From assembly GCA_037379345.1 (NCBI GenBank), contig CM074524.1, forward strand, positions 24,486,750 to 24,550,749: a DNA stretch of 64,000 bases, written 5' to 3'. This document shows, piece by piece, positions 51,309 to 64,000 of this stretch (position 1 is the first letter of the stretch; each line of letters opens with the position of its first letter). The stretch is from Perna viridis. Its lineage: Eukaryota. The notes under the pieces were generated by a model. That model had not been told where the DNA came from. It searched no databases and saw only the letters and a program-made list of their open reading frames with translations. A program made the translations under genes and the position numbers.

Positions 51309-54300
51309 TCATCCCCACAGTAAACTTTCAATTTGTCGTGAATTATGACCTTTTTTTGTGCCATTTTCATCCATCTGGATTTCATAGTTTATGTCATCAT
51401 ATTTTTTTGTGACTAAATAAGGCCCAGTGTACATAGGTTGTAGTTTTGAACATAAACCTTTCTGTTGGCCTGACTGATACCAGACTTTATCATTGACATT
51501 AAATACAGTTAAATTGGACTTTCTGTCAAAGTAGTCTTTCCTTCTGTTTGCATTTGATTGTAAGTGCTTCCTAGCAGCTTCATGTGCTTTATGAAAAGTT
51601 TCCCTAATCTGGGTAACCTGTTCCCCAAAAGTATTTGTATTTATATCAATTCCTAAGGGGACACCCCCTTTTAATACATCGCTTGGAATTCTTATCTCCC
51701 GTCTCAAAAGCATAAGGTTTGGTGTAAGTGTAGTTGTCTCATCTGGGGTTGCCCTGTATGCCCCAGCTAGACATCCTAAATTTTGGTGCCAATCTGTTTG
51801 TTTCTCTTTATATAGGATTTAATCATTCCTAATAATGTGCGATTGATTCCTTCGCATTGCCCATTTCCTTTTGGATTTCTGGGACTTGTTCTAGTCTTCC
51901 GTATTTCAAGAAATTGACATAATTCTGTGAAAAGGTCACTTGTATAATTTCTGCCTTGGTCTGAGTACAACGAAAGAGGATAGCCATAACGGCTTATAAT
52001 TTCATTTAGAAGTATATTTGCACAAGTGGTTGCAGTTTGGTCAGGGATTGCAAAGACTTCAACCCATTTGGTGAAGTGATCAGTAAAAGTCAGTATATAT
52101 TTATTTCCTCTAGGTGTTAAGAGGAATGGTCCCATAATATCTGTTGAGAGTCTATCCCAAGGTGCACCTGTAGACATACTTAATAATGGAGCCTTGGCTG
52201 ATTTTGATTGTAATTTGTTAGCACCACAAGTTTGGCATTTTGCTTTCCATATTTTAACATCCTTCCTAACTTCAAACCAATAAAACCTCTGCAATAGTTT
52301 TTCTGTGGTTTTTCGTTTCCCCAGATGACCAGACATGATAGAATTATGCATGCTATGCAAAACTGCATGTTTTAATTTCATGGGTGTCAAAAATTGGAAG
52401 TAGTGACCTGTATTGTTTTGTTTGAAAAATTCTTTAAAAAACAACCCATCCTTTACTATCAGACTATCCAATTGGTGGCAATAAAATCTGGTAGCAGGAC
52501 TTTTGCTTTGCAATTCATTCTCAAAGGGCTTATTGTTGGAGATTTTCCATTTCCGTATATGTCTAATGTCCTCATATTTTTCTAGTAATTGTCTCAATTC
52601 GTCAATACTATGACCCATGTTCCATACAGTAAAGTCATCATATTGAGATGTTTGATTTCTACTTTTTACTCTTTTAATAAAGAGTTTTCTGAATATTCAG
52701 AGTTTTTAGTATATGTTGTCCCTTCTTGGGGTATTTTCATGCTACTTATCATATCTCTAGCTCTTCTGGTACATTTTTTACAGGGCCCGCATTTAAGATA
52801 TTCCATGTTATCATTCATAGGAGAGTCACAATCCCTCGTATTTGTGCATCGAGACTTGAAATCAGCATTGCCGTGTTTGGACCCTTGTCTGTATTGTATT
52901 GTGAAATCAAAGGCTGACATGATTTCCATCCACCTAGCAATTCTGCCTTTAGATTCTTTTAAGCCCAATAGCCAAATAAGAGCTTGATGGTCAGTTCTCA
53001 CTGTGAAAGTTCTACCTAAAAGATATTGTCTGTAATATTCTATGAAGTATCGTACAGCAAGAAGTTCCTTGTCTGTGATACAACAGTTTCTTTCGGCCTT
53101 ATTCAAAGTACGACTACCATATGCTATAATTTGAAGTGTACCGTCCTGTACTTGTTGTAAGACAGCCCCCAATGTATCGTCACTTGCGTCTGTGTCCAGT
53201 TTGTATTCACCCTCATCTTTGGGGTAAGGTACAAAACCAGGACTGACAAAATGCTGTTTAAGATTGTCAAAAACCTTTTGGCAACTCTCAGACCACAAGA
53301 AAACATTTTAGATTCCTTATTCAGGTCTGTTAATGTTTTAGCCCCGTGCAGGTCCGGGTGTTAAAAGAATAGGCCTGCAGCAGCGCTAAGCTTGTCGTAA
53401 AAGCCGGGGGCTAGGGCGCTCTGCCCACAGAGCAACTGGGATGTGTGCCCCAGTGGTTGAATGGGGTACCCCTGGCGTGTTACATGCTGGGGTTGTCAGG
53501 CTATAATACGGAAAACCTGACCGCAAACCATAGCGGTGCACCCTGTTGGAAAAGATGCCACGTTCCTTGCACGTTAAAAAAACCCTACTGTGGTATTCTC
53601 CCGGAGTAGGAACCATAGGGATCGGCCACAGGAGGCTAAATTGCCCGACCCTACCCACATCTCCCTATTTCCAGTGACAATCAAAAATTGTCGACCCCAT
53701 TGTCCTTGTGTCCCATCCCTTTTTCATTTTATCATCAATTTCATGTTCATCGTCTGAATATAGCTGAAATATTGCTGCTCGGACGTTAAACCCCAACAAA
53801 CAAACAAACAAACAAACAAACTGTTAATGTTTTAACTAACTCTGAAAAATGATTAATATATCTACGGTAATAGCTACCCATACCAAGTACATGTCTCACT
53901 TCTTTTACTGTTTTTGGGGTTGGGCACTGTAAAAGTTTGGCAACATTATCATGGTTTGGCTGTACGCCCTTTTCCGAAACAATATGACCCAAAAATGTGA
54001 CTTTAGTTTGAAAAAATATTACATTTCTCCGGTTTAAACCAGCATCTTTTATTCTATTTAGGACTATATCTAGTCTCTCTAGATGTTCTGTAAAATTAGA
54101 TGAAAATAAAATAATATCATATAGGTATATCAATAAAATTGCCACTGAAGGCCATTTAGAACAAGTTCAATAAGTCTTTGACAACAAGCAGGTCCATTTG
54201 TTAGTCCAAATGGTAATGTTTTATATTCATATAGACCAAATTTGGTTGAAAAGCAGTTTTGTGTATATGTTCATTCTTAACAGGAATCTGATTGAAACCA

Positions 54301-55892
54301 CTGGTAAGATCGAAAGTACTAAATAGAGAAGCTCCAGGTACAGTGTCTAGACAGTCTTGAATTCTTGGAAGGGGCCATGCATCATTTTGTGTAACAGAAT
54401 TCAGAATTCTATAATCAACACATGTCCTTACTTTCCATTTTTATTGAGGATTAACACCAAAGGACTTGACCATGGATATGTGGACTATGTGTATTATGTC
54501 TTGTTTTTCCATTTGTTGAATAATTTTCATTTCTTCTTTTACATAAGCAAATGGAACTCTGCATGGAGGTTGCTTCACAGGTTTAGCATCTCCTGTTTCA
54601 ATACTGAACTCCAGGAGTGTAGTTCTACCTAGGTCAGTTTCATCTTTAGAGAAGGTGTTTGAGTATTTTTCAAGCAAATTTTCAATTGCTGTCTTTTCAG
54701 CTTCTGTTCGACCTGGAGCAATATTTTCATACACATTTAATAAGTGGCTTAGAACATTTCCACTTTTCCCACCCTCTGAAGTCCCCTTTTTGCTTAGACT
54801 CTTTTCCCACCCTCTGAAGTCCCCTTTTTGCTTGGACTTCTGATAATGCCTTCATTGGTTTCCCAATTTACAGGCTTTGGTTGTAGCAATTTCGGTCTTT
54901 TCAATGCATTTTCATTTCCCCTTTTAGCACTGTCCTCACATTCAAATAATGTTACAGGAGTATTATCAACTATTTCAGCTGAACCAATTATTGTGTTTCG
55001 GTATAATGTATTTTCATAGTCATATCGATTCAGAATCCTGGCTTTGCATGTGACACTTTTACTGATGTCAACTAGGCATGGTGCCATGATAAGGGAATAT
55101 TTTTCAGAGAAATCGTCAGAAGGTTCTAGTAAACATTTTTTTTCCAAATTTAATAGGATCATCATGCTTGCGATCTACAAAAACATCTATTAAAATTCCA
55201 CTTCTAGGGGGGATATCAAAATTTTGAGCCACGTAAATTTTTCTTATATGGTTGTTAGTATTGCCAATTTGAGTGCATTGAATAACATGATTACCTAGCA
55301 ACATAATTCCATCTTTTAATTTCAAATGTACAGGTTCCCATTTAGATTTCATTAGAACATCTAGCCCCAACAAGGCTTCATCTTCTATATTAGCTACTAT
55401 CATTTCGATTTCAAAACATAGATCTCCCAACATTACTTCAAAGGTGCCTTTCCCTAACTCCTGCAGGGGTTTGCCATCAGCACAAGATAAAGTGTCAGAC
55501 TTGACTAAAGTTGGTCTTTTACAATTAGGAATTTTATGGAAAGCATTAACAGACAACTCTGTACGAATTGCTCCAGTATCCACTGTAAAATTAACCTCAG
55601 ACCCGAGGACATGTCCTTCGACGTAGATTCCATCACTTCGAAGTACCTGTCGTTTTATTAACTGTTCTGTTACTATTTGTTCATTTCCTACTTCAGGATC
55701 TGAACTTACAGAATTCTTCTCTTCCTCGACAGAAGTAGAAGATACATTACTATCTACAAAAGTTTTACTATTTTCATTCTCAAATATTATTTCCTCTTTC
55801 TTACTATGAGTTTCAGGGGTTATGTTGCTAGGTACATGTATCTTGTTTTTCACATCAGTTATATGACCTCTTTCAAAACATTTACGAGTCAA
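51309..55892 (-). pseudogene. pol: Gypsy pol (protease, RT, RNase H, integrase), disrupted and interrupted by a SINE
   Basis: FTVDTGA; LIYLYDII (YLDD mutated); LDTDASD..GAVL, DKELLAV, RTDHQAL; H...GHLG...CQTC; STDIMGP, SDQGRNY, CEGINRTL; YTGPY. Confidence 0.93.
53341..53820 (+). mobile_element. SINE-like retroelement copy 3, nested in Gypsy pol
   Basis: 14-bp TSD ctgttaatgtttta (53327-53340, 53821-53834) and (CAAA)n tail. Confidence 0.93.
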
Positions 55893-55934
55893 CTCCGGTT
55901 CAGTTTAAAGATTATCCCTCAGGTGTGGCCTCAT

Positions 55935-57682
55935 TTAAGGGGGAAGTGGAATTTTGTGTAGTTGAGCTGGGGAAGTATTGAAAGTTTGTCTATTATCACC
56001 AATGGGTGCACTATTACTTCGCTGTGCTTGGGGAAGAATATAAGTTCTTCTATGTTCATAACTAGTTCTGTCATTGCCAGTATTTTGTCTATTTGGATTG
56101 CCGTAACAATTCCTGGCAAAGTGTCCAGGTTGGCCACAGCAATAACAAATTGGGATGGTTGATGTGGTATTTTTGTCTATAATAGACTTTCCCACCTCAG
56201 TACTCTGATTGAAATAAGGTCTTCTTTGTTCAAATGTTTGACTTTGTCCTTTACTAGTCTTGTTATGACCATTTATTTAAGTTTTCTCTTATTCTCATAC
56301 ATTGTATCAAACATTTCTTTTAGTTCCTGTTTTGTTATCTTAATAATTTCATTTTCTCTCCCATTTTTATTTTTTGATCTATCATTTTTCATCTGTCCCT
56401 GCTGGACATTTTGTCTAACATAATCATTTTTCTTTACTTGTCTTAATTGTTTGGATTTTCCCCCATTATCATAATTAACTTCCACCCTTGACATGGTTTC
56501 TTTGTAAGTGATAACCTCCTGTACTGCTTCTTCGATAGTTTTAAGATCTTTTAAAAGTTCAACATTGACCCTTGCATCATTATCTGATAACCCCATTAAG
56601 AATCTTTGAAGTAGATCCTCATGTCTAGTTTTAGCATCTCTGTTAGTATATGCTTTCTCATACAACGTTTTTAGTTCAGCTGCATAATCTGCAACACCTT
56701 CATTTGATTTTTGGCATCTTCTATTAAATTGTATTTTATAAGTTCTCTTATTTTCAAAGACACCAAATCTGTTTTTAAGTTCTCTTACTAGTTTTGAATA
56801 ATTGTTCAGTGTTTTACTATTCATTTGGTCAAATGTGAAATCACCAGCTTCACCTTGAAGTCTGGTAAGCAGTTCACCCAATTTGGTTGTATCATCCCAG
56901 TTTTGTAAATTGGCAACTGCCTCAAATCTGTTTATCCAAACTTCCCATTTTTCTTTTCCTGTAAATGAAGGACGTTTTGCATTTGAAAACCTAGTTTTGG
57001 ATCTACTATCTCGACTTCTGCTATTACACTTGTCCCTATACTGGCAGTGTCAGTATCTGAGTCCACCCCATTTTGTATAGCCTCATCATCAGTCTCATCA
57101 CCTTCAGATTCTGATGAAGAGTTGGACTGAATTAGTAGGTTAAACTTTGAAGTATGGGATTTTACTGAAAATTGAGTTTTAGAACCTTTTTGTTTCTTTT
57201 TAAATGCCTTTTGAGTGTTTGGCTCAGTAACCTTATTTACAGACTGTTTTGTCAGCCCAATGAAAGCATTTGTATTGCTGTTACTATCTGACCAGTCATA
57301 TCTTGAATGGAATTTTTAATAGATAGATACATTCCAGTGTCACCTTGATTTAAGATTTCATGCTGGTTTTGTATTTCATTAGTATCTCGTCTATTACTCC
57401 TAGACCTTCTAAGTGAACGTTTTTTTCTAGGGCTAGATTTTTTATTGAATTAAATTTTAGACTAGATCTCAGTACTGTTTTTCCCTGTTCAGCATCTGTG
57501 TCAGTGTCTGTTATTTCTGACAGTTCAGTATCATAATTTTCAGGTGCAGACTGGTGAGATGTGCTTGGAACATTTTCAAAATCTGATGTTTCATCTGGGC
57601 CAGTCTCATACTGACTTATATTACCAGTTTCCGCAGTTTCGATGTCTTTGTTAGATTGACGTGTAAATCTTGGTTTACCCAT
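55935..57682 (-). pseudogene. gag: Gypsy gag (disrupted)
   Basis: Capsid-like ELKNRFG...FNRRCQKSNEGVADYAAELK...FLMGL and zinc knuckle CYCCGQPGHFARNC. Confidence 0.88.
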
Positions 57683-57758
57683 TATTTTATTTTGAAGTTC
57701 ACAATTTTATTTGCTTACTGCTCTAGCTAGGTTAAAATCACTGGATCCAAAAAGAAAT

Positions 57759-57778
57759 GGATCCCGCCGAGGATGCCA
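57759..57778 (-). other. Primer-binding site
   Basis: TGGCATCCTCGGCGGGATCC, 6 nt inside the 5' LTR; cognate tRNA not assigned. Confidence 0.8.
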
Positions 57779-57784
57779 AAATTT

Positions 57785-59290
57785 TGTAGCGGCTAGGGGT
57801 GCTACTAGTAATTTCTCTATATATATGAGACTGAAATGCAGACACTCACTATATTGGGGTTATTGGCCTTGGATTTACAGTAACTGAGATCTAGTGTTTC
57901 ATATAGAGATTCATAATTTTATTTTGTAACAACAATGGTTTGTATAGGTTAAAAAAATCTATACTAACAACATATCATGAGTATTCACTCGTTCACTTTT
58001 ATCATATTATATTTAGTACATGTGGCAAGAATCCATTGTAGTACCAAAATATATCTTCAATACTTAATGAATTAATACAATGAATATTCATAGGTTCCTT
58101 ACCCATGAAAAAATACTAAACGTTTACAGCCAAAAGTTTCAGCAAGACTAATTTTTTAGCGTAATTACGTCACTTGTTGGAAGACGTGCGTTGTTGGAAA
58201 AACGTTCACTTCCAACAAGTTCACAAATATTTTAATAAGAATTTATAAAATTACAATAATATTCTAATTGTACATTATTTTAACAATGAAAACATTCTAT
58301 GGTGCAAAACATATTTGTTTTATATTTTAATCTTCAAGTACAATTCTATTATGCGTAACATACATTGCGCAACCGAAAGTGTAACTTGAAAACGAAAGTA
58401 CAACGAGTGTTCAGAACCGGTGAACAAAAATGACAAATATCACCAATTAATGCGAGTAAAATCAGCGAAATACATGATACTTTGTTCGTAAATACTATGT
58501 GTATGAATGTTACAACTTTAAGAAGACTTGACAACTCTCGAATCAGTTTTTATTGAAAAATTGACTCTTCTGAGATTGCGAGATTCTACATGTGGCGCAG
58601 TGCGCATGTCACCCGGTTCATTCATAAGACTAGAAGATGCTAGTATTTACTATGTACGTTGCCTATTTCCATGATTTAATGGAAAAAATATCGAGACTCG
58701 TATGACAACTTATTCAAAGAAAGCAACAAAAACTACAGAGTTTGATGTTTACCAAACTACAACAAATATGCGTAAAAGCCGTTCAACAATGGATCATTCA
58801 ACTGTAAAAGGACTAAAACACATGGTGACCACGTGGACACAAGTGGTATCTACTTCAATATTTGTGACTTGTGATAATTATATTTTATAATAATTTCTAC
58901 CTTGCAAATCTTGTAAAATTTGATATGGCAAATATGAATAAAAATGAAAATACATGTCATGTCATGTACAAATATAGTGAAGTAAAGGTTTTAGATCTGT
59001 CCATTTACTGAAACAGTGCTGCACATCACTATGGCAAATTATGATTGGATATATCATTCGTGTACATACGCATAGGTTACATATATAAATAAACATGCAT
59101 ATTCGTAAAATATTAGCCTTCATTTCTTGAACCAATTGAATATTCAAATACACATGGTAAAATAAAACAACACGTCTATCTATATTATATATGACCTAAG
59201 GTTATTTAATCATGAGATAATAACCTGATAAACGACTCAAGTGTGCTTTACTAAAATAAATGTATACTATGGCTAATGGTGTTCTCTACA
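57785..59290 (-). repeat. 5' LTR (1506 bp, lacks a 522-bp segment)
   Basis: TG...CA ends; followed on minus by the PBS. Confidence 0.93.
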
Positions 59291-59430
59291 ATATATACAA
59301 ACGACTTCTTCTATCAACAGGCGGACTGACAGTGACAATACCATACACAAATCTGTCAAAAAGATGTAGGTAAAAGGAATAGTTTATTTATACAATGATT
59401 GTTAAATAGTTGTCAATCGTCAATTTACGT

Positions 59431-59658
59431 TGCACCACTATGGTTTGCGGTCAGGTTTTCCGTATTATAGCCTGACAACCCCAGCATGTAACACGCCAGG
59501 GGTACCCCATTCCACCACCTGGGGCACACATCCCAGTTGCTCTGTAGGCAGTGCGCCCTAGCCCCCGGCTAGGGTTCTGAGCACTATTTAGTCGCCTTTT
59601 ACGACAAGCTGATCGCTGCTGCACGCCTATTCTTTTAACACCCGGACCTGCACGGGGC
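59431..59658 (-). mobile_element. SINE-like retroelement copy 4 (5' half only)
   Basis: Homologous to the head half of the other copies; same 5' start. Confidence 0.88.
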
Positions 59659-62227
59659 TATGTTGTCTTGGTATTAATTTCATTTAATCTGTACTCCACA
59701 ATTTGATAACGGAATAATGAAATTATGAGGTAATTTAAAATACAATGTAAGACGAATATTATATTTATTAAAAAGAGAAAATTGGGTTGACGTGGGTTTG
59801 TACTTTCTCGACGTGCTATTTCTAGCCTAAAAGGAAGTTTGAATATTCATCTGACGAAAAATACATTCGAAAACGTGCAATATGTTTACGTTCCAGGTTG
59901 AGTTTCCTCTTGCAGTTTAGGTAAACAATATTTTTTTCGAGTTAAATCGGTGAGCATGCTTGATATACACCTGCGCGCGAGATAAGGCTTGGGAAGATCA
60001 AAAGAATTTTCCCCACGGAAGTGTATATTTGGAATGTTTCATGCATGGTCATCAATAATCTCACAACAATTTCTAAAAGGTGTTTTATAGTTAGTGAAGA
60101 ATCAGAAAAGTTTGCAGAATTCACTAGACATTTCAAAATCTCCAGGTCACATTCAAATTTAATAATTCATACTAACACTTTCAGAATGACTAAACGTTGT
60201 TATTGTATTCACTATTTCATCATCATCCCGTCATAAGGTCACCTTGTCGTGAACTGATCGATAACACAAGTATATGTTAAGTATTACAGCATGATCGTGA
60301 ACGGAGGATGTTAAGCTCCATGAACCTTTGATTAACTTGTGTTACATTTAAACGGTTACATCGAACTGCAACTTATACAAAAACCAAAGTCTCTGTCGGA
60401 ATGATTGCATTTACAAAGCATATGGAGTAATGCGTAATTGTTTGTCAGAAACACTTCACCCATTCATTTATGTATTATGTGCTAACCTTTTAAGAAACTC
60501 ATTTCAGATATTACGAAATGCATCAAAGGGTTATTGAATCCTTTTCCTGCTGCGATATACCGCACAAAAATCTGTCAAAAGACGAGTAGGTTAAAGGAAG
60601 AATTATCTTTATGAAACGAAATTTATGATTCCACGTACGTTAGTTTAATTAGATCAGTTCTCCGTAATTTGATAGAGAAACCGACTTGGATTTTCGGTAA
60701 AAAAAAAGTTGACGTGGGTTTGTAATTCTCTAAACTTACTTTTTTGCCTAAAGGGAAATATTTGTTCTATGATAAAATTTAAATATTCGATTAAAATCAA
60801 TATAGTCACGTGACCTGAAGATGTTTTAATATTAGTAAATCGCTTTCATTATTTTTGTAGTTATCTTATCAATATAGGTGCATCGGTGTATTTAAAAAAA
60901 AATGAAAAGTGTGCAGAATTGTTAACATACATTTCAGAAACTCTATGTCGAATCCATATTATTTAATTTATATTTACAGAGTATTTTTACATTGTAATTG
61001 CATTTCATCACTGAAATTCAAGCTTTTTGTTTACCTTGTACAAGAGTATGTTGTACAAATGCGGATCAATCAATTTATAAAAAGGAGATTCCAATTTAGA
61101 AATAGAAGGGTATATTCTAGTCTACTATTGCTCACTTCAACAAATTGTGGCCAAATTTATTTTTCCCAAAAAATGTGTGTATTTCAACCCAAACCCCTGA
61201 ATCACCTTCTGGTGTCTTCGATAAAAAAAACTTAGCAACAATTGTTTGCATTATAAAATAAGTTTTATGCAATGTGGAAAGTTTATAGTAATTAAGCTGT
61301 TGGATCGTTCGTTCGTTCGCCCCTTTTCGTGCTAATGCTAAACTGCAATTCTTCTAAAATTATGATAAAAGTTATAATAAACTGTCGAGTGCACCTCTTT
61401 ATATTTTTTCCTCTGCATTGCTTTTTGTTGTATTCTGATACAAAACAGTGACTCATCTATTGTCGACCGAGAATCTTCTAATCCACAACACCACCAAATG
61501 GAAAGGTTTGAATTCACATTCGAATTCAAAAGATACCATTATGTACCTCCTATTTCGTTTTGTTTTATCTGCATAAGTGCCTTTTCGGTTTTCCTGATGC
61601 AAAACAAGGACTTCGATTCAACAACTCCTTCAAAATCGCCGAATAGAATTTAATCACACTTCCATAAAGTCGTAATCATTTGAATGACTTATGGGGTTTT
61701 CAATTTGATTTTTGAAGGGGATAGTAAAGGAATCATCAAACTAGCTATTTCTATTTTTTTTTTTCTAGTTTTCATTATGATTATTTTTAACAAAATATGT
61801 TCATTATGCACAACAAATTGATGCAATTCCGAAACTCTTAAACAATAACTGACACACATATCAGAAATCGAGTAAGTATTGAGTTATGTAGAAAGTATTC
61901 AGACTTATGGGACACGTAGAATAATTAAGCGTTATACCTAATACTTCCAGTAAATAAATTTGCCTATTTTTCTCTCAAAGATAATCTTGAACGAACATAC
62001 TGTAAAATTGTAAGATAAAAAATGTGGGTCACAGAACTAAATTTCTAGATGATTGAGTCTAACTATAAGTCATTTTTAGCATAATCACCGTGATAAACAG
62101 TGTGTTTGATATTGTTATACTACTGAAGGATAAAAACGACTGAAGTGATCATGCAGTATATTTGTGCAGAACATGGGTTTTGCATCCTTCCTTTGTGCGT
62201 AATATATTGATTTATACTTATCATAAA

Positions 62228-62373
62228 GTTGCCCATCTGCTTTTGTTACTTTGTATGTATGATTTTAGTTACTTTATGTTCTTTGCTGTGTATGTCTGTT
62301 TTCTTTGTCTGGTCTTTGTCCCTGGATTACATTCATTTGATTACCGCTATAACCTTGGTTCCCTTCATTACTC
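62228..62373 (+). mobile_element. Penelope-like (Naiad-type) 3' UTR fragment
   Basis: cttttgttactttgtatgtatgatttt...aaccttggttcccttcattactct. Confidence 0.85.
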
Positions 62374-62741
62374 TCTCATATTATTTTTGCAAAAGATGTT
62401 CAGCCTACAGCATATTTTGATGTTAACGGTAGTTGTATTCAACGATGTAGACAATGGGCTAGTATACATTTAATTGTGTTAATTGAAGTTTTTAATTTTC
62501 TTATATAAGAAATTACTACGAGCTCACAATAGATTATCTGCTTAATTGGAGATCGGTCAAATGATAAGTCTACAAACTGGCAAATTTCCACAAAGTATTT
62601 TTACTATTGTTAATGTAACCCCAAATTGTTTCACCTGAATTTCATTTTAAAAAAAATGCCAAACCAGTTTTTATATCATTTGTAAAAGAAAAAAGAGTAA
62701 TTAAAGACAAGATTCGAGCGAAAATCAAATGAACATATTCC

Positions 62742-63005
62742 GAAGACGCTTACCCTAACCGTGAATCTGGTCCATGCTCCCAGTTTTTTAGAGGAGTCTT
62801 AGTTGAACATTCACTTGTGTTACTTTGTATGTATTACATATTGTATGTTGGTTATTATATGTTCTTTGTTGTCTGTTTTCCATCATTTTGATTTCGCGCT
62901 AGAATCTTGCATTGGTTCCCTTAGTTGTTCATTCCAAAGGACAAAGACCTGAAAAGGAAAACACACACATGAAATAACACGTACAAAAAACAAAAGTACT
63001 TGAGC
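62742..63005. mobile_element. Older diverged Naiad-type UTR fragments (plus then minus); another at about 63660-63740
   Basis: gacgcttaccctaacc...tggtccatgctcccagttttt; tccaaaggacaaagacc...ggaaaacacacacat. Confidence 0.65.
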
Positions 63006-64000
63006 AAATATCTAGAAATGATATAAAGCAATTAATAGAACTATCCATTTATGATATGATTTGGATATTTTCTTTCACCACAGGTAGTTGACCACGGAGA
63101 GTGTTGAAAGTTCATTGTAAGTGGCCATGCAAACGTCTGAATTTCTTTTCTATCTACTCATGACAGACCGTTTACTGTTTAAAACATTCTAAATGTGTTT
63201 TAAATAACCCTTAATGTCTATTATTCCTTTATCATAATTTCTTTCAATACTTTACTTTAAACTATTTAAAGATATGTTGTTTACATATTTTGTGCAAACA
63301 TGTATTCAAAAAGGTGTTCGATTGCATCTGTAGTATATATTGATAGAATTAAACATAAAAAATACTGATCAAATACAAACGTGATGAAAGGTACTTTCTT
63401 TTTCTGTTACAAACGAAATTTGATTGGACTGTTTACATGTAAAAACGTATATGATTCAGGAAACTTTGAGATGCAGCACATGTTATGTGTGTATAGTATT
63501 TGTATTTGCATATTTGTCTCTAAATATATTTGTTGAATTTTATGTTCGAACAATCGGAAAGAATTTGCAATCCTCAAAAAAAGAACATCGTTTACTTAGA
63601 TCCTTTCATCTCAGTTTCCAATTAAAATAAGATGCATCATCGTTATACAATTCTAGTTTCAGGATTACTAAAAGAATGCTTTCCAGGGATAAATACCAGT
63701 GAAAACAGACATATACAGTGGAGAACATAAAATCACAAAACTAGCACAAACAAATTAAAAAATAAATCAGATATTGAAATGACCAATCAAAAATTGATTC
63801 TTATCATTTTCTTACTGGTTTCGCCTTTCCTAAAGAAGTAAGGAAAATGTATTTACCAATCGGCTTAAAAAAGGAGGCACAAGTTTAATAACAAGAATAT
63901 AGGTATATGATGTTTACTATGGTCCAAAACTTTTGTCGAAGGGTTTTTATTTTCTGAAACTGTCACCAAAATATATATGGTTGTGATTTTTTTAAAATTC

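Larger units (their letters stand above)
46956..59290 (-). mobile_element. Full-length decayed Gypsy/Ty3 LTR retrotransposon
   Basis: Two LTRs with TGTAG...CTACA ends, ATAT target-site duplication (46952-46955, 59291-59294), PBS, PPT, gag-PR-RT-RH-IN order. Confidence 0.95.

Noticed and set aside
57105-57125. CTGATGA as a hammerhead core
   Set aside because: Antisense of Ser/Asp/Glu-rich gag sequence; no stem II plus GAAA follows.
60900-61660. Possible decayed coding sequence on the minus strand
   Set aside because: Interrupted frames, no recognisable motif; only a short internal duplication is evident.

Overview
AT-rich (roughly 30-35% GC by eye) eukaryotic, repeat-dominated DNA; the repeat families suggest a bivalve mollusc (inference). 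Host coding content is small: two divergently oriented paralogous copies of a Sushi/CCP-domain exon (741-914 minus, 43213-43386 plus) in an inverted segmental duplication. Only the left copy has a recognisable signal-peptide exon (2744-2801). The rest is mostly mobile DNA: (i) a full-length decayed 12.3-kb Gypsy LTR element (46956-59290, ATAT TSD, PBS, PPT) with an extra zinc-finger-like ORF after pol; (ii) more than a dozen 5'-truncated copies of a Penelope-like element with no endonuclease after RT (Naiad/Chlamys-type layout), longest at 33574-35970; (iii) a decayed Penelope-like element with C-terminal GIY-YIG; (iv) a Polinton/Maverick packaging-ATPase remnant; (v) four copies of a non-tRNA SINE-like element sharing one 5' start and a predicted pseudoknot head; (vi) an RTE fragment, MITEs, Helentron-like remnants, a minisatellite and several local duplications. 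Most ORFs in the supplied track are spurious. No tRNA, rRNA or CRISPR array was seen. All alignments were done by eye, so boundaries of decayed elements are approximate.
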